From Pirellula sp. (lineage in GTDB: Bacteria > Planctomycetota > Planctomycetia > Pirellulales > Pirellulaceae): a stretch of DNA of 64,000 bases. Shown here in pieces: positions 38,178 through 46,861 of this stretch (positions are counted from its first letter, which is position 1; the number at the start of each line of letters is the position of its first letter). The stretch spans positions 19,139-83,138 of the forward strand of contig JANPNA010000231.1 in assembly GCA_031427235.1 (NCBI GenBank), read 5' to 3'. Position numbers and translations under genes: made by a program. Below the pieces are notes generated by a model. That model saw only the letters and a program-made list of their open reading frames with translations. It had not been told where the DNA came from and did not search any database.

Positions 38178-40154
38178 ATGAAACCGAACAACAAGATGGT
38201 TCCTATCGACCGCCGAGCCGCCCTGAAAATCGCGGCCGCTGCAACCGCTTGTTCTCTCGTCTTACCTGACCTAGACTTGACGGCCCAGGAAGCCGCTCAG
38301 CCGTTTGGAAACGAGTTTCCTGACCTGGAATCGCTCACGACCGGTGAGTGGTGGAAGCGTGGGGCTGCCGTCCAAGACACCAAAGTCAAACGAGGAGGCG
38401 CGTCCCCTGCCCCGTCGATGGATGTGCCTCGGGATCAAGTCGTTGTGTTTGCCGTTTACCTGCATCATACCGGAGTCCTCAAAGTCAGCGCGCAACTGTA
38501 TCCGCTCAAGCCAGGTGAATCGCGCGAGGTTCATCTGGAGCTCTTGATAGACGGGCGATGGGAACAAGCCGCAACGACGCAAGTTCTCTATCCCGGCTGG
38601 GATGCTCATTTTCGGATCGAAAGTTGGGATGCGACGAAGGATGTCCCGTATCGAGTTCGACACGGTGAAAAGGCGTTGTTTGAAGGACGTATCCGCCGCG
38701 ATCCGATCGACAAGAACGAGATCGTCGTCGCCAATTTGTCATGCAATTCGAGCAAAACCATCGGCGAGCGGACCGAGATCATCAACAATCTCAAAGCACA
38801 AGATCCAGATCTGCTCTTTTTCAGTGGCGACCAGACCTATCGTCACACCGAGCATACCGCCGGCTGGATTGAGTTCGGTTTGCAGTTTCGTGAGATCATG
38901 CGCGATCGTCCGACGGTCTGCATTCCGGATGACCACGACGTCGGGCACGGAAATCTCTGGGGTGAGAATGGAAAGCGATCGACGATTCCCGGCGATGCGG
39001 ACGGTGGATACCGCTATCCCGTGGCTTATGTCAATCAAGTGCAGCGCCAACAATCCTGGCATCTTCCCGATGCCGTCGATCCGGCCCCTGTTAATCGCGA
39101 CATCGTGGTTTACTTCACACGCTTGAAGCTCGGCACCATCGATTTCGCGATCCTCGAAGATCGCAAATTCAAGACCGGTCCCGCCGACAAGATTCCACAA
39201 ATGGGCCCGCGTCCCGATCACATTAACGATCCGACCTACGATCCGAAAACGGTCGATTTGCCCGGCCTGCAGTTGTTGGGTGAACGACAAGAAAAATTTC
39301 TCCGCGAATGGACTCAGGATTGGACAGGGGCGACCATGAAAGCTGTTCTATCGCAAACGGCTTTTTGTGGAGCGGTTCACATGCATGGAAAACGCGATGG
39401 TCGACTGCTTGCAGATCTGGATTGCAACGGTTGGCCACAGACGCCTCGCAATCGCGCACTTGCGTTGATACGACAAGCTTGGGCCGTGCATCTGTGCGGC
39501 GATCAGCATTTGGCGGTCGTCGTGAAACATGGCATCGATGAATTCGGTGACGGCCCATTCGGCTTCACCAGCCCAGCCATCGTCAATACCATCTATGGTC
39601 GTTGGTGGCACCCGCTCGACGAAAAGCCCGGACCGAATCCGGTACAGAACAGTCCGCTGCCTTGGACCGGAGATTTTCGCGACGGGCTCGGCAATCGATT
39701 GAGCATGATGGCTTACGCAAATCCAGAAGACATACAGGATGAAAGGAAGCGAGCCGACGGTTATGGGATCGTTCGTTTTGACAAAACGAAACGAACGATC
39801 ACCTTCGAGTGTTGGCCCCGCTTCTCGGATGTTAAGAAAGGGGATCAAGAGCAGTTTCCGGGTTGGCCAATCACCGTCGCCATGGATGACAACGATGGAC
39901 GTAAAGTAACGGCCTGGTTGCCCGATCTGAGGATTGAAGGTGTAGTCGATCCGGTCGTTCAAGTCATCGAACAAGCGAGCGGTGAAGTGCTCTACTCGGT
40001 CCGAATAAACGGGGATCATTTCCAACCACGAGTTTATTCATCGGGGCTGCACACCGTGAAGATCGGTCGCGATCGCTCAAGCAGCGTTACGCTCAAAGAT
40101 CTTGCACCGAAAGAAAAGACGGAAGCTGGCCAAAGAATAATTCGAATCGTCTGA
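38178..40154 (+). CDS. PhoD-like metallophosphoesterase with Tat signal
   Basis: IDRRAALK; LFFSGDQTY; IPDDHDVG; LCGDQH. Confidence 0.88.
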   Translation: MKPNNKMVPIDRRAALKIAAAATACSLVLPDLDLTAQEAAQPFGNEFPDLESLTTGEWWKRGAAVQDTKVKRGGASPAPSMDVPRDQVVVFAVYLHHTGVLKVSAQLYPLKPGESREVHLELLIDGRWEQAATTQVLYPGWDAHFRIESWDATKDVPYRVRHGEKALFEGRIRRDPIDKNEIVVANLSCNSSKTIGERTEIINNLKAQDPDLLFFSGDQTYRHTEHTAGWIEFGLQFREIMRDRPTVCIPDDHDVGHGNLWGENGKRSTIPGDADGGYRYPVAYVNQVQRQQSWHLPDAVDPAPVNRDIVVYFTRLKLGTIDFAILEDRKFKTGPADKIPQMGPRPDHINDPTYDPKTVDLPGLQLLGERQEKFLREWTQDWTGATMKAVLSQTAFCGAVHMHGKRDGRLLADLDCNGWPQTPRNRALALIRQAWAVHLCGDQHLAVVVKHGIDEFGDGPFGFTSPAIVNTIYGRWWHPLDEKPGPNPVQNSPLPWTGDFRDGLGNRLSMMAYANPEDIQDERKRADGYGIVRFDKTKRTITFECWPRFSDVKKGDQEQFPGWPITVAMDDNDGRKVTAWLPDLRIEGVVDPVVQVIEQASGEVLYSVRINGDHFQPRVYSSGLHTVKIGRDRSSSVTLKDLAPKEKTEAGQRIIRIV

Positions 40155-40348
40155 CGCGGATTGCAAAATCGCAAGCGGTTAGTGATCTAACTCCTCTTCT
40201 CCTCCTCAGGAGGAGAAGGGGAGATAAGCCCAATATTAGCGAAAACACACGATACCATTTAGCGTCATTGAAACAGATCACCAAGCAAGCAACCTCAGAC
40301 CAAAGACAAAGATGATTGAGATTGGCGTAGAATTTATTTTTGCAGATT

Positions 40349-40398
40349 GTCGTGGATCGCTCCGCGATCCAACGTTGGTTCGCGGAGCGAACCACGAC
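40349..40398. repeat. REP doublet (GTCGTGGATCGCTCCGCGATCC / GGTTCGCGGAGCGAACCACGAC)
   Basis: Inverted pair immediately upstream of the RAYT gene. Confidence 0.9.
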
Positions 40399-40430
40399 TA
40401 TCTCCAACCACTACATTGAAAGACCGAATC

Positions 40431-41192
40431 ATGCTCGGCGAACTATTTGATCCGAAAGCCGAACTCTTTATTCACGATCGCCTGCGACCGCATTGGTCGC
40501 AGGCTGGGGCGATCGTCTTCGTCACGTTTCGCACCTTCGACTCGATCCCCAAGGAAGTTATCCAGGGCTGGGAGCGTGAAAAGCAGAACTGGGTCGAGCG
40601 TGTCCTGCATAGTCGTGGATCGCTCCGCGATCCAACGCCTTCGCAGCCAGAGGCCGCAGATGCAGCGGCGAGTCGTTTCAGCAAATCATCGCCAAAGCAT
40701 GCGTTGGTTCGCGGAGCGAACCACGACTATCAACACTGGTCCAAGTTGTTGCCGATGCTCACTGACACGCAGCGGCACGAGTTCGATTTCCACTTTAACC
40801 GTTGTCGTGAAACGAAGCTCGACGAATGCCTTGGGGCGTGTGTTCTGAAGAGGCCCGAACTGGCGATGATCGTCGCAGACTCGCTGCTGCACTTTGATGG
40901 CGACCGCTACCGGATGGGCGACCTCGTGGTCATGCCCAATCACGTGCATCTGCTGGCTGCGTTTGCGACCCCGGAAATCATGGAACGGCAATTTGATTCG
41001 TGGTTGCACTTCACCGCGTTTCGGATCAATCCGCTGATTGGCTCAAAGGATCACTTCTGGCAGCAGGAACCGTTCGATCATCTCGTCCGTAGTGTTGAGC
41101 AATACGACTACCTGCGAAACTACATCGCCCAGAACCCAGAAAAAGCCGGACTCAAACCCGGAGAGTTCTACTACCTACGATACGAGGGATAG
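40431..41192 (+). mobile_element. REP-associated tyrosine transposase (RAYT)
   Basis: RPHWSQAGAIVFVTFR; VVMPNHVHLL (HUH); FWQQEPFDHLVRS; YIAQNP. Flanked by REPs. Confidence 0.92.
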
Positions 41193-41200
41193 TCCATGGA

Positions 41201-41222
41201 CGTGGTTCGCTCCGCGAACCAA
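41201..41222. repeat. REP downstream of RAYT
   Basis: cgtggttcgctccgcgaaccaa. Confidence 0.8.
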
Positions 41223-41264
41223 GGCTTTGAATTCACGACGAATGATGAGCCAATGACGGCAATC

Positions 41265-42250
41265 AGTTCTTCCTGGCAGGTTCCGTCGAAGAGAACCACT
41301 GCGCCTTCCGGTGGCTTCTTTTCAAGCGTGGGGCTGCGGCGCTCGATGCGCGCGAGTTTGTGCTTCGTGAAGCGCTGATTCGGGATCGGTCGCCAGCACA
41401 CCTAACAGGATAATCTCGGTAAGCTTGGCGGCGTAGTCGAAGTTCGATCTCGGTTCCGAGCCTTCGCCTTGGATCGCGCGCAGCCACTCGCGGAAAGGCC
41501 CGCCCGCCACGCGCGAGATGGTTTGCGCCGGAGGATTTGTTTTCCACTCGCCGATCGCAGTGTTGCCGGCCCGAATCCCCATTCGAAAAGATTCCTCCAA
41601 ATCGATAAAGACGGTTTCCTGAGTGTAGGGCGTGTCACGATGAAGTGCCTGAGCGAGCACTTTGACTTCATAAATGCCATCCGCAGGAACACCTGCGAAA
41701 AAGTCAGGAAGCGGTCCATAAGCACCCTCCGGTTTGTCGTTCAACGGATCATTGTAAAGCACCATGTACCTGTTATCGAACGCATGGCGATGGGCTCCCT
41801 TTAGCTCGTTCTGCTGAACGAACCCGCCATGAAAGCCCCACTCCTGCGGTTTCGACGAAGCCTGTGGGGCCAATGCCTTTTCGACACACCGATCGGTTGC
41901 GTCGAGATACTTTTCAAGCAGGTCGCCGACGGTGTTGCGATATTCTCGCCGCGTTAATCGCCGGAGCACGGTCTGACCGCCAGTGCTCGCGGTCCGATCT
42001 CTCATATCGCTCAGCATCTCCGTCAAGTGCGTGATCGTGCTGAGTTTGTCCTTGGTATCAGGCTGATCTGCGTCCTCGGGCGGCATGGCCCCAAGTGTCA
42101 ATTGATCGATAATCTCCTGCAATTTTAGTTGCGTATCCAAATGGTCTTTGCCAAGATCCAACGTTTCGAATTCTCGTTCGCCGCTGGGATCGTCCACCGT
42201 ATGACAGTCGACGCAATAATTGCGAAGAAACGCTTTCGCATTTTCCATTT
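41265..42250 (-). pseudogene. Chimera of fragments: DUF1592-type N-terminus, Gfo/Idh/MocA C-terminus and DUF1080 piece
   Basis: YCVDCH...MPP...LRRLTRREYRNTVGDLL; then GPFREWLRAI..SNFDYAAKLTEIILLG; then RSPTLEKKPPEGAVVLFDG in another frame. Confidence 0.7.
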
Positions 42251-42369
42251 GGAAACGAAAGTTGAATAGACCTTTAGGATTATGTTCGACGTTCCGCGAT
42301 GATTCTACATTGGGCAGCGTAAGGAAAGATCCTGGTAAACCTCGCACCCGGCAGGAAGACCTGGCTCAC

Positions 42370-42560
42370 AGTGCGGAACGACGACATCGCAAACACTCAT
42401 TCAAGGAGAAAACTTTACGAACAAAGCTGGCCTGATGGCCGTACTGAATTACAAGACAAGATCCATATCAAGACGCCAGGCCGTTACTATGTTTGGGTAC
42501 GTTCCTTCTCCAGTGACAGCGAAGACAACGGTGTGCATGTTGGGCCCAACGGCGAAGTTG
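42370..42560 (+). pseudogene. Frameshifted fragment of a carbohydrate-binding-type domain
   Basis: 'LIQGENFTNKAGLMAVLNYK' and 'IHIKTPGRYYVWVR...DNGVHVG' are split by an ACAAG duplication at 42451-42460. Confidence 0.55.
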
Positions 42561-42638
42561 AAATCGGGTCGGATGCCCGAGCCCTTTCCGGAAGTGGCCG
42601 AGCCAGCTTCAGTAGCAACATCCCTTCTCAATGCAGGG

Positions 42639-43595
42639 TTAAATGAAGTGCGAACGGACTAGTCGTTTGAAATCTGGGAAGTTCTTTACTCGCTGAATTT
42701 CTTCACGGAATGTAGCGAAGTCGGGAAGGAACTTGGCAAAGTAGCAGGCGACGCGAGGCAGACGCCTAACCGCCAGCGGGCTGCCGTACAAAGCAAACTC
42801 GCCTTCGACCAATTGCAGCAGGACCCGCGCACGTTCGTCGATGCTTGGCAACGCAATCGTGGCCCCTCCTAGAACAAGAGCTCTCGCTTGTTGGAAAATC
42901 CACGGGTTGCCAAGGCAACCGCGACCAATGGCAACTCCATCTGCGCCTGTCTCGTTGAGGAACCGGATGGCGTCGATGGGTTCGCGAACTCCGCCGCTTC
43001 CTAAGACCGGAATTTTTACCGCCTGTTTGACTCTTGCCACCACGGACCAATCGGGACCGCCGACATAACTCTGAGCAACACTGCGGGCATGGACATCGAC
43101 GGCAGCGACACCTGACAACTCGGCCAACCGCGCGACTTCGACGGCCGTCTCGTGTTCCGCGTCAGGGCCAGTGCGAATCTTGATCGTTACTGGGATGTCG
43201 ACTGCTCTCACAACGGCAGCGACGAGCCTCGCGATCGCGGGTGGGTCGGACATCAACGCACCGCCTTCGCCGCGACCGATTAGCCGCCGAATCGGGCACT
43301 CAAAATTGAGATCGACAATCGAAAACCCCTGCTCAGCAACCACCTTGGCCGCCTCCGCTAGTTCGTGCGGGTCGCTGCCGCTGATTTGACCTACGGCTGG
43401 TTTTTCCGTAGGAGTTGTGTGAAGCAGCTTGATCGCGCGGCGATCTCGCTTCGCGACATCGCTTGCATCTACTCGCTCCCCACAAACGAGACTCGCGCCG
43501 AGCTGTTTGCAAAGCAGGCGAAACGGATAGTTCGTGTGTTCCTCCATTGGCGCAAGGGTGATCGAATGGGCAATGGAGACAGTTCCGATTCGCAT
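42639..43595 (-). CDS. dusB: tRNA-dihydrouridine synthase (DusB-like)
   Basis: LAPM, DLNFECP, GGALM, PVTIKIRTG, VHAR, IGRGCLGNPWIF. Confidence 0.88.
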   Translation of the reverse strand: MRIGTVSIAHSITLAPMEEHTNYPFRLLCKQLGASLVCGERVDASDVAKRDRRAIKLLHTTPTEKPAVGQISGSDPHELAEAAKVVAEQGFSIVDLNFECPIRRLIGRGEGGALMSDPPAIARLVAAVVRAVDIPVTIKIRTGPDAEHETAVEVARLAELSGVAAVDVHARSVAQSYVGGPDWSVVARVKQAVKIPVLGSGGVREPIDAIRFLNETGADGVAIGRGCLGNPWIFQQARALVLGGATIALPSIDERARVLLQLVEGEFALYGSPLAVRRLPRVACYFAKFLPDFATFREEIQRVKNFPDFKRLVRSHFI

Positions 43596-43613
43596 GGTTG
43601 GCGGTTGCCTAGC

Positions 43614-43937
43614 CTACTTGGTGGTATTGCTGCGGATGATCAAACTAAAATTGTAGAGGGGCTTCGCCGGGGTCGGAGACGATTGCAACAGAGTTTCCAT
43701 CCAACCGTCGTGTTGTATGCGATCTGGTAAACCGTTTCCTAAAATAGCTACGACATCCCCTTTCTGAAACGCGAATGGCGTGGGGTCGCGATAGTCGGCT
43801 GGCACGTCAACCTTAGCTTTGTTTGGTTCAGTGTCTTGAGCGAGTGCTGTTGCACCTTGCGGAACAATCAATAGGGAGCTAAGGAACAGAGATCGAAAGC
43901 AAGTACGCATTGCGTGCAAAGAAAGTTTTCGACGCAT
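43614..43937 (-). pseudogene. Truncated N-terminus of an SGNH/PVC heme-binding protein
   Basis: '[30 protein letters not shown]' parallels the N-terminus of 46861-49566 and then breaks off. Confidence 0.6.
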
Positions 43938-44226
43938 GGTCAAATCCTCTTCGAGATAAAAGTATGACGGTGCAATTGGTTTTGGCCGAAACAACTTCAT
44001 CCATCGAGTGGAGAGCGTTCCAGTTTAGCAGATTCCCTCCAAATTTGGCAACGCAATTGGGGTGCCGTACATCGTTACACCGGAAAAGGAAAACGAGAAA
44101 ATCAGCGTTGCCTGGGAGTGGCCGCGAATTACGCAGTAAAATAATTCGAAAAGGTGAAACATAACTTATGAAAAACAGACTCCAAATCCTCATCGCCTTG
44201 CTGCTCGCTCCGCTCGCCGCAGGGCT

Positions 44227-44785
44227 TTGCAGGCAGTCGGCGGTCGCGGGCCGGTCAAAGAGGCCCATGAGGGAGAGGAGGGCGAGTTCGCGCCGGGCTT
44301 CCTCGCTGCCGTCGGCCATCCATTTCTCGTAGGCCGTCATGGCACGGAAGGCGTGGCCGTCCACGTCTACGACGAGCTTTTCAAACTCGCTGACGAGTGG
44401 GGTAAGCATCTTGCTTGCCGATGTGGCGTCGTTGATCGCAAGCTGGAAGCTTACGCCACTGTCCGTGAGCGGGATATTCCGGCGGTCACTGCCGATGACG
44501 CCGTCGACCTTTGTCGAACGCGCCCGCCGCGCTCTTCGCCATCGCTTCATCGCCGAAGTAGGTGAGGGCCTCAGCGAGAAACAAGTCGGAGGAAACGGCG
44601 GTCTACTCGTGCGTGGTCGCCAGCGCAGGCGGAGCACCCGTGACAGGTGGCGCGTGAAACGGTCGTTTGAGAACCTTGCGCAAGAGCGCTTCATAGGCCG
44701 CCACGCTGTCGAGCAGGAAGCTCTCGTAGCCCTGGAGTTCCAACGGAATGTGGGCGCGATCCAGTTGCTCTTTCCGTAACAGAAT
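44227..44785 (-). pseudogene. Fragments of a TIR/SEFIR-ATPase-TPR-type gene with an in-frame REP pair
   Basis: 'SSDLFLAEALTYFGDEAMAKSAAGAFDKGRR' and 'AYEKW...LALLSLMGLFDRPATADCL' lie in different frames. Family-C inverted pair at 44398-44460. Confidence 0.5.
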
Positions 44786-44947
44786 GACCTGGTTGAACCA
44801 GCCGCCGCATCTCCGCCAAGCGTCAAGCTAAAAAGTGTTTTCGGTGCGAACATCCTTGAACGTATCCCAGTTCAATTGCAAAGATCGACTAGCGGCTAAA
44901 TTCTCGTATTCGCACTGTCTTGTTCCCCACTCCGCACGAGCAAATTC

Positions 44948-46861
44948 CTACTGTTTTTGCTTCATCAAATAGGCCAGAAGCTCAAAAATTTCATCTTGCG
45001 TGTATTGATCCATCAGTCCATTGGGCATGATCGAAAGGGACGACTTGACCATGTTGGAAATTTCATTCCGAGGAATCACTTTCGGTACTTTTTGATCGGC
45101 GCCAGATAGGATCGAAATCGATTCTTTGTTTTCATCGATTAAGATTCCTGAGTAGACGACTCCATCCTCGGTCAAAACAGAATACGAAGCGAACTTAGGA
45201 TCGATCTTGTGCGATGGCTCCAAGATCTCTCGGAGGAACCCTGCTCTGTCATTCTTCCATCGCGTAGCGACATCGGTTAGGGAGGGTCCGATATTGCGAC
45301 CAGTTGTTCCGATGGGATGGCATTGAGCGCAAGTGGCCTCTTTAAAAATACGGGCTCCGATTTCATCCGAACGTCCACGCATACCCGACTCGATCTCGGA
45401 TTCCAAATCCTGCAACTTCCAACTCTTGACAAAGGAACGATTGTTTCCGAGGGGATCTTTAGGCATTTGCGGATCCTTTGACCACGCGTCGAGATCCTTG
45501 ACCACCACCATCACTCCATACATCCGCATCCAGTGGTTTGGAAAAGTACAGACATACGGATACTCGCCTGGTTCGGAGGGAGCGGTGAATGTGAAACTTT
45601 CTTGTTTGTTGGCCGATACCATGCCAGTCGCAAACAGAATATCCTGATTCTTGGGTACATACTGCTTTCCGTCGGGGGCTTCGTCTGGTGCCATGTTTGC
45701 CGCCAGCAGCGCGATTTCTTTGAGTTTGCCAGGCATAGTTATGACCAAGTTGTGAGGCATGAGATCCTCATTCTTGAGAATGAGCTGCGCCGTCCGTCCA
45801 GCCTCGACTGCAAAGTATTTCAAGTCATATCGCATTTCTTCGATAACCGTAGCCATGCGAATCACTCGAACGCTGACTGCGTCCAAGCGTTTCCGATACT
45901 CTTTTGCGATTCCTGGCTCCAATTGTGGTAGAAATCCATCCACCAATTGGATGGCATCTAAAAAGCTATCCTCCGTTCGCTTTGCGGCAGGTGTAACTTC
46001 CGCCATAGCGACAAGCTCCTTGGCAAGCGAAGCGCTCAGTTGCGGATCCCGTTCTGACATGGGGATTTTGAGCAAAGCTAGGATGACGGTCTGCCTCAAT
46101 GCTTCCATGGGAAACAGGGTCGCTAGTTTCGCAAACGAATCCCTTGCCTCCGAGTCAATCGTCGCTAGCGACTTGATCGCAGCAATTTGGACATCGACCG
46201 ATTCGCCTTCCATCATCAGACAAACCACCTGTGACCGAAGCGAGTTGCGTTTGTCTTGTGCCCCTATCCATGGAATTGCATATAAAAAGTCCAAATTGCG
46301 TTGTTCGCTCTTACTGACCCATTCGGACCAAGTGGCCTCGGATTCAGCCAACAAGAGCGATGCCCAAGCTGCTCGGCGAGCATATCCTGACTTTCCATCA
46401 ATGGCTTGTTTCAGCATTTCGGATTGCTCCGATAATTGTTCTTTCGATTGCGAACTCAGGATCTGACCTAGTTCGCGGGCAACACGCAGGTTGTCATTCG
46501 ACTCTTCGAGTTTGTCCAGTACCTGCATGATTTCCGCAACCAGAGACGTCTTTTGAATTAGCGCTAACGATTCGATCGCGTTCTTGCGATCAGCCATCGA
46601 CATCCCTAGCCTTGCGGCAATCGCAGAATGTACGGGACCGTACTTGGGATCGTCACTTTTTCGTTCCACCAACAGGAGTTGTTCGTTGGTGAGCCGCTTC
46701 AATTGATACTCAACGACCTTCGGACTCTTGTCCAAGTAGATCTTGGGAGCCTCCACCTTGGAAGCATCATGACCGCCATGATTGTGCTGGGCCATCACGG
46801 AAAGACTTGTCCATGACGCCGCGATCACTAGGCTCGTAGCTTGCTTCAAAATCCAATGCAT
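44948..46861 (-). CDS. Secreted HEAT + azurin-like cupredoxin + monoheme cytochrome c protein
   Basis: MPHNLVI and YVCTFPNHWMRM (type-1 Cu); CAQCH, IGPSLT, SIMP. Confidence 0.92.
   Translation of the reverse strand: MHWILKQATSLVIAASWTSLSVMAQHNHGGHDASKVEAPKIYLDKSPKVVEYQLKRLTNEQLLLVERKSDDPKYGPVHSAIAARLGMSMADRKNAIESLALIQKTSLVAEIMQVLDKLEESNDNLRVARELGQILSSQSKEQLSEQSEMLKQAIDGKSGYARRAAWASLLLAESEATWSEWVSKSEQRNLDFLYAIPWIGAQDKRNSLRSQVVCLMMEGESVDVQIAAIKSLATIDSEARDSFAKLATLFPMEALRQTVILALLKIPMSERDPQLSASLAKELVAMAEVTPAAKRTEDSFLDAIQLVDGFLPQLEPGIAKEYRKRLDAVSVRVIRMATVIEEMRYDLKYFAVEAGRTAQLILKNEDLMPHNLVITMPGKLKEIALLAANMAPDEAPDGKQYVPKNQDILFATGMVSANKQESFTFTAPSEPGEYPYVCTFPNHWMRMYGVMVVVKDLDAWSKDPQMPKDPLGNNRSFVKSWKLQDLESEIESGMRGRSDEIGARIFKEATCAQCHPIGTTGRNIGPSLTDVATRWKNDRAGFLREILEPSHKIDPKFASYSVLTEDGVVYSGILIDENKESISILSGADQKVPKVIPRNEISNMVKSSLSIMPNGLMDQYTQDEIFELLAYLMKQKQ

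Noticed and set aside
40192-40222. CTCTTCTCCTCCTCAGGAGGAGAAG hairpin as a terminator
   Set aside because: There is no U-tract. It is a single copy in the window and may be another REP remnant, but this cannot be established.
43879-44853. 324-aa ORF as a real gene
   Set aside because: It is a patchwork of out-of-frame fragments and REP-derived sequence.
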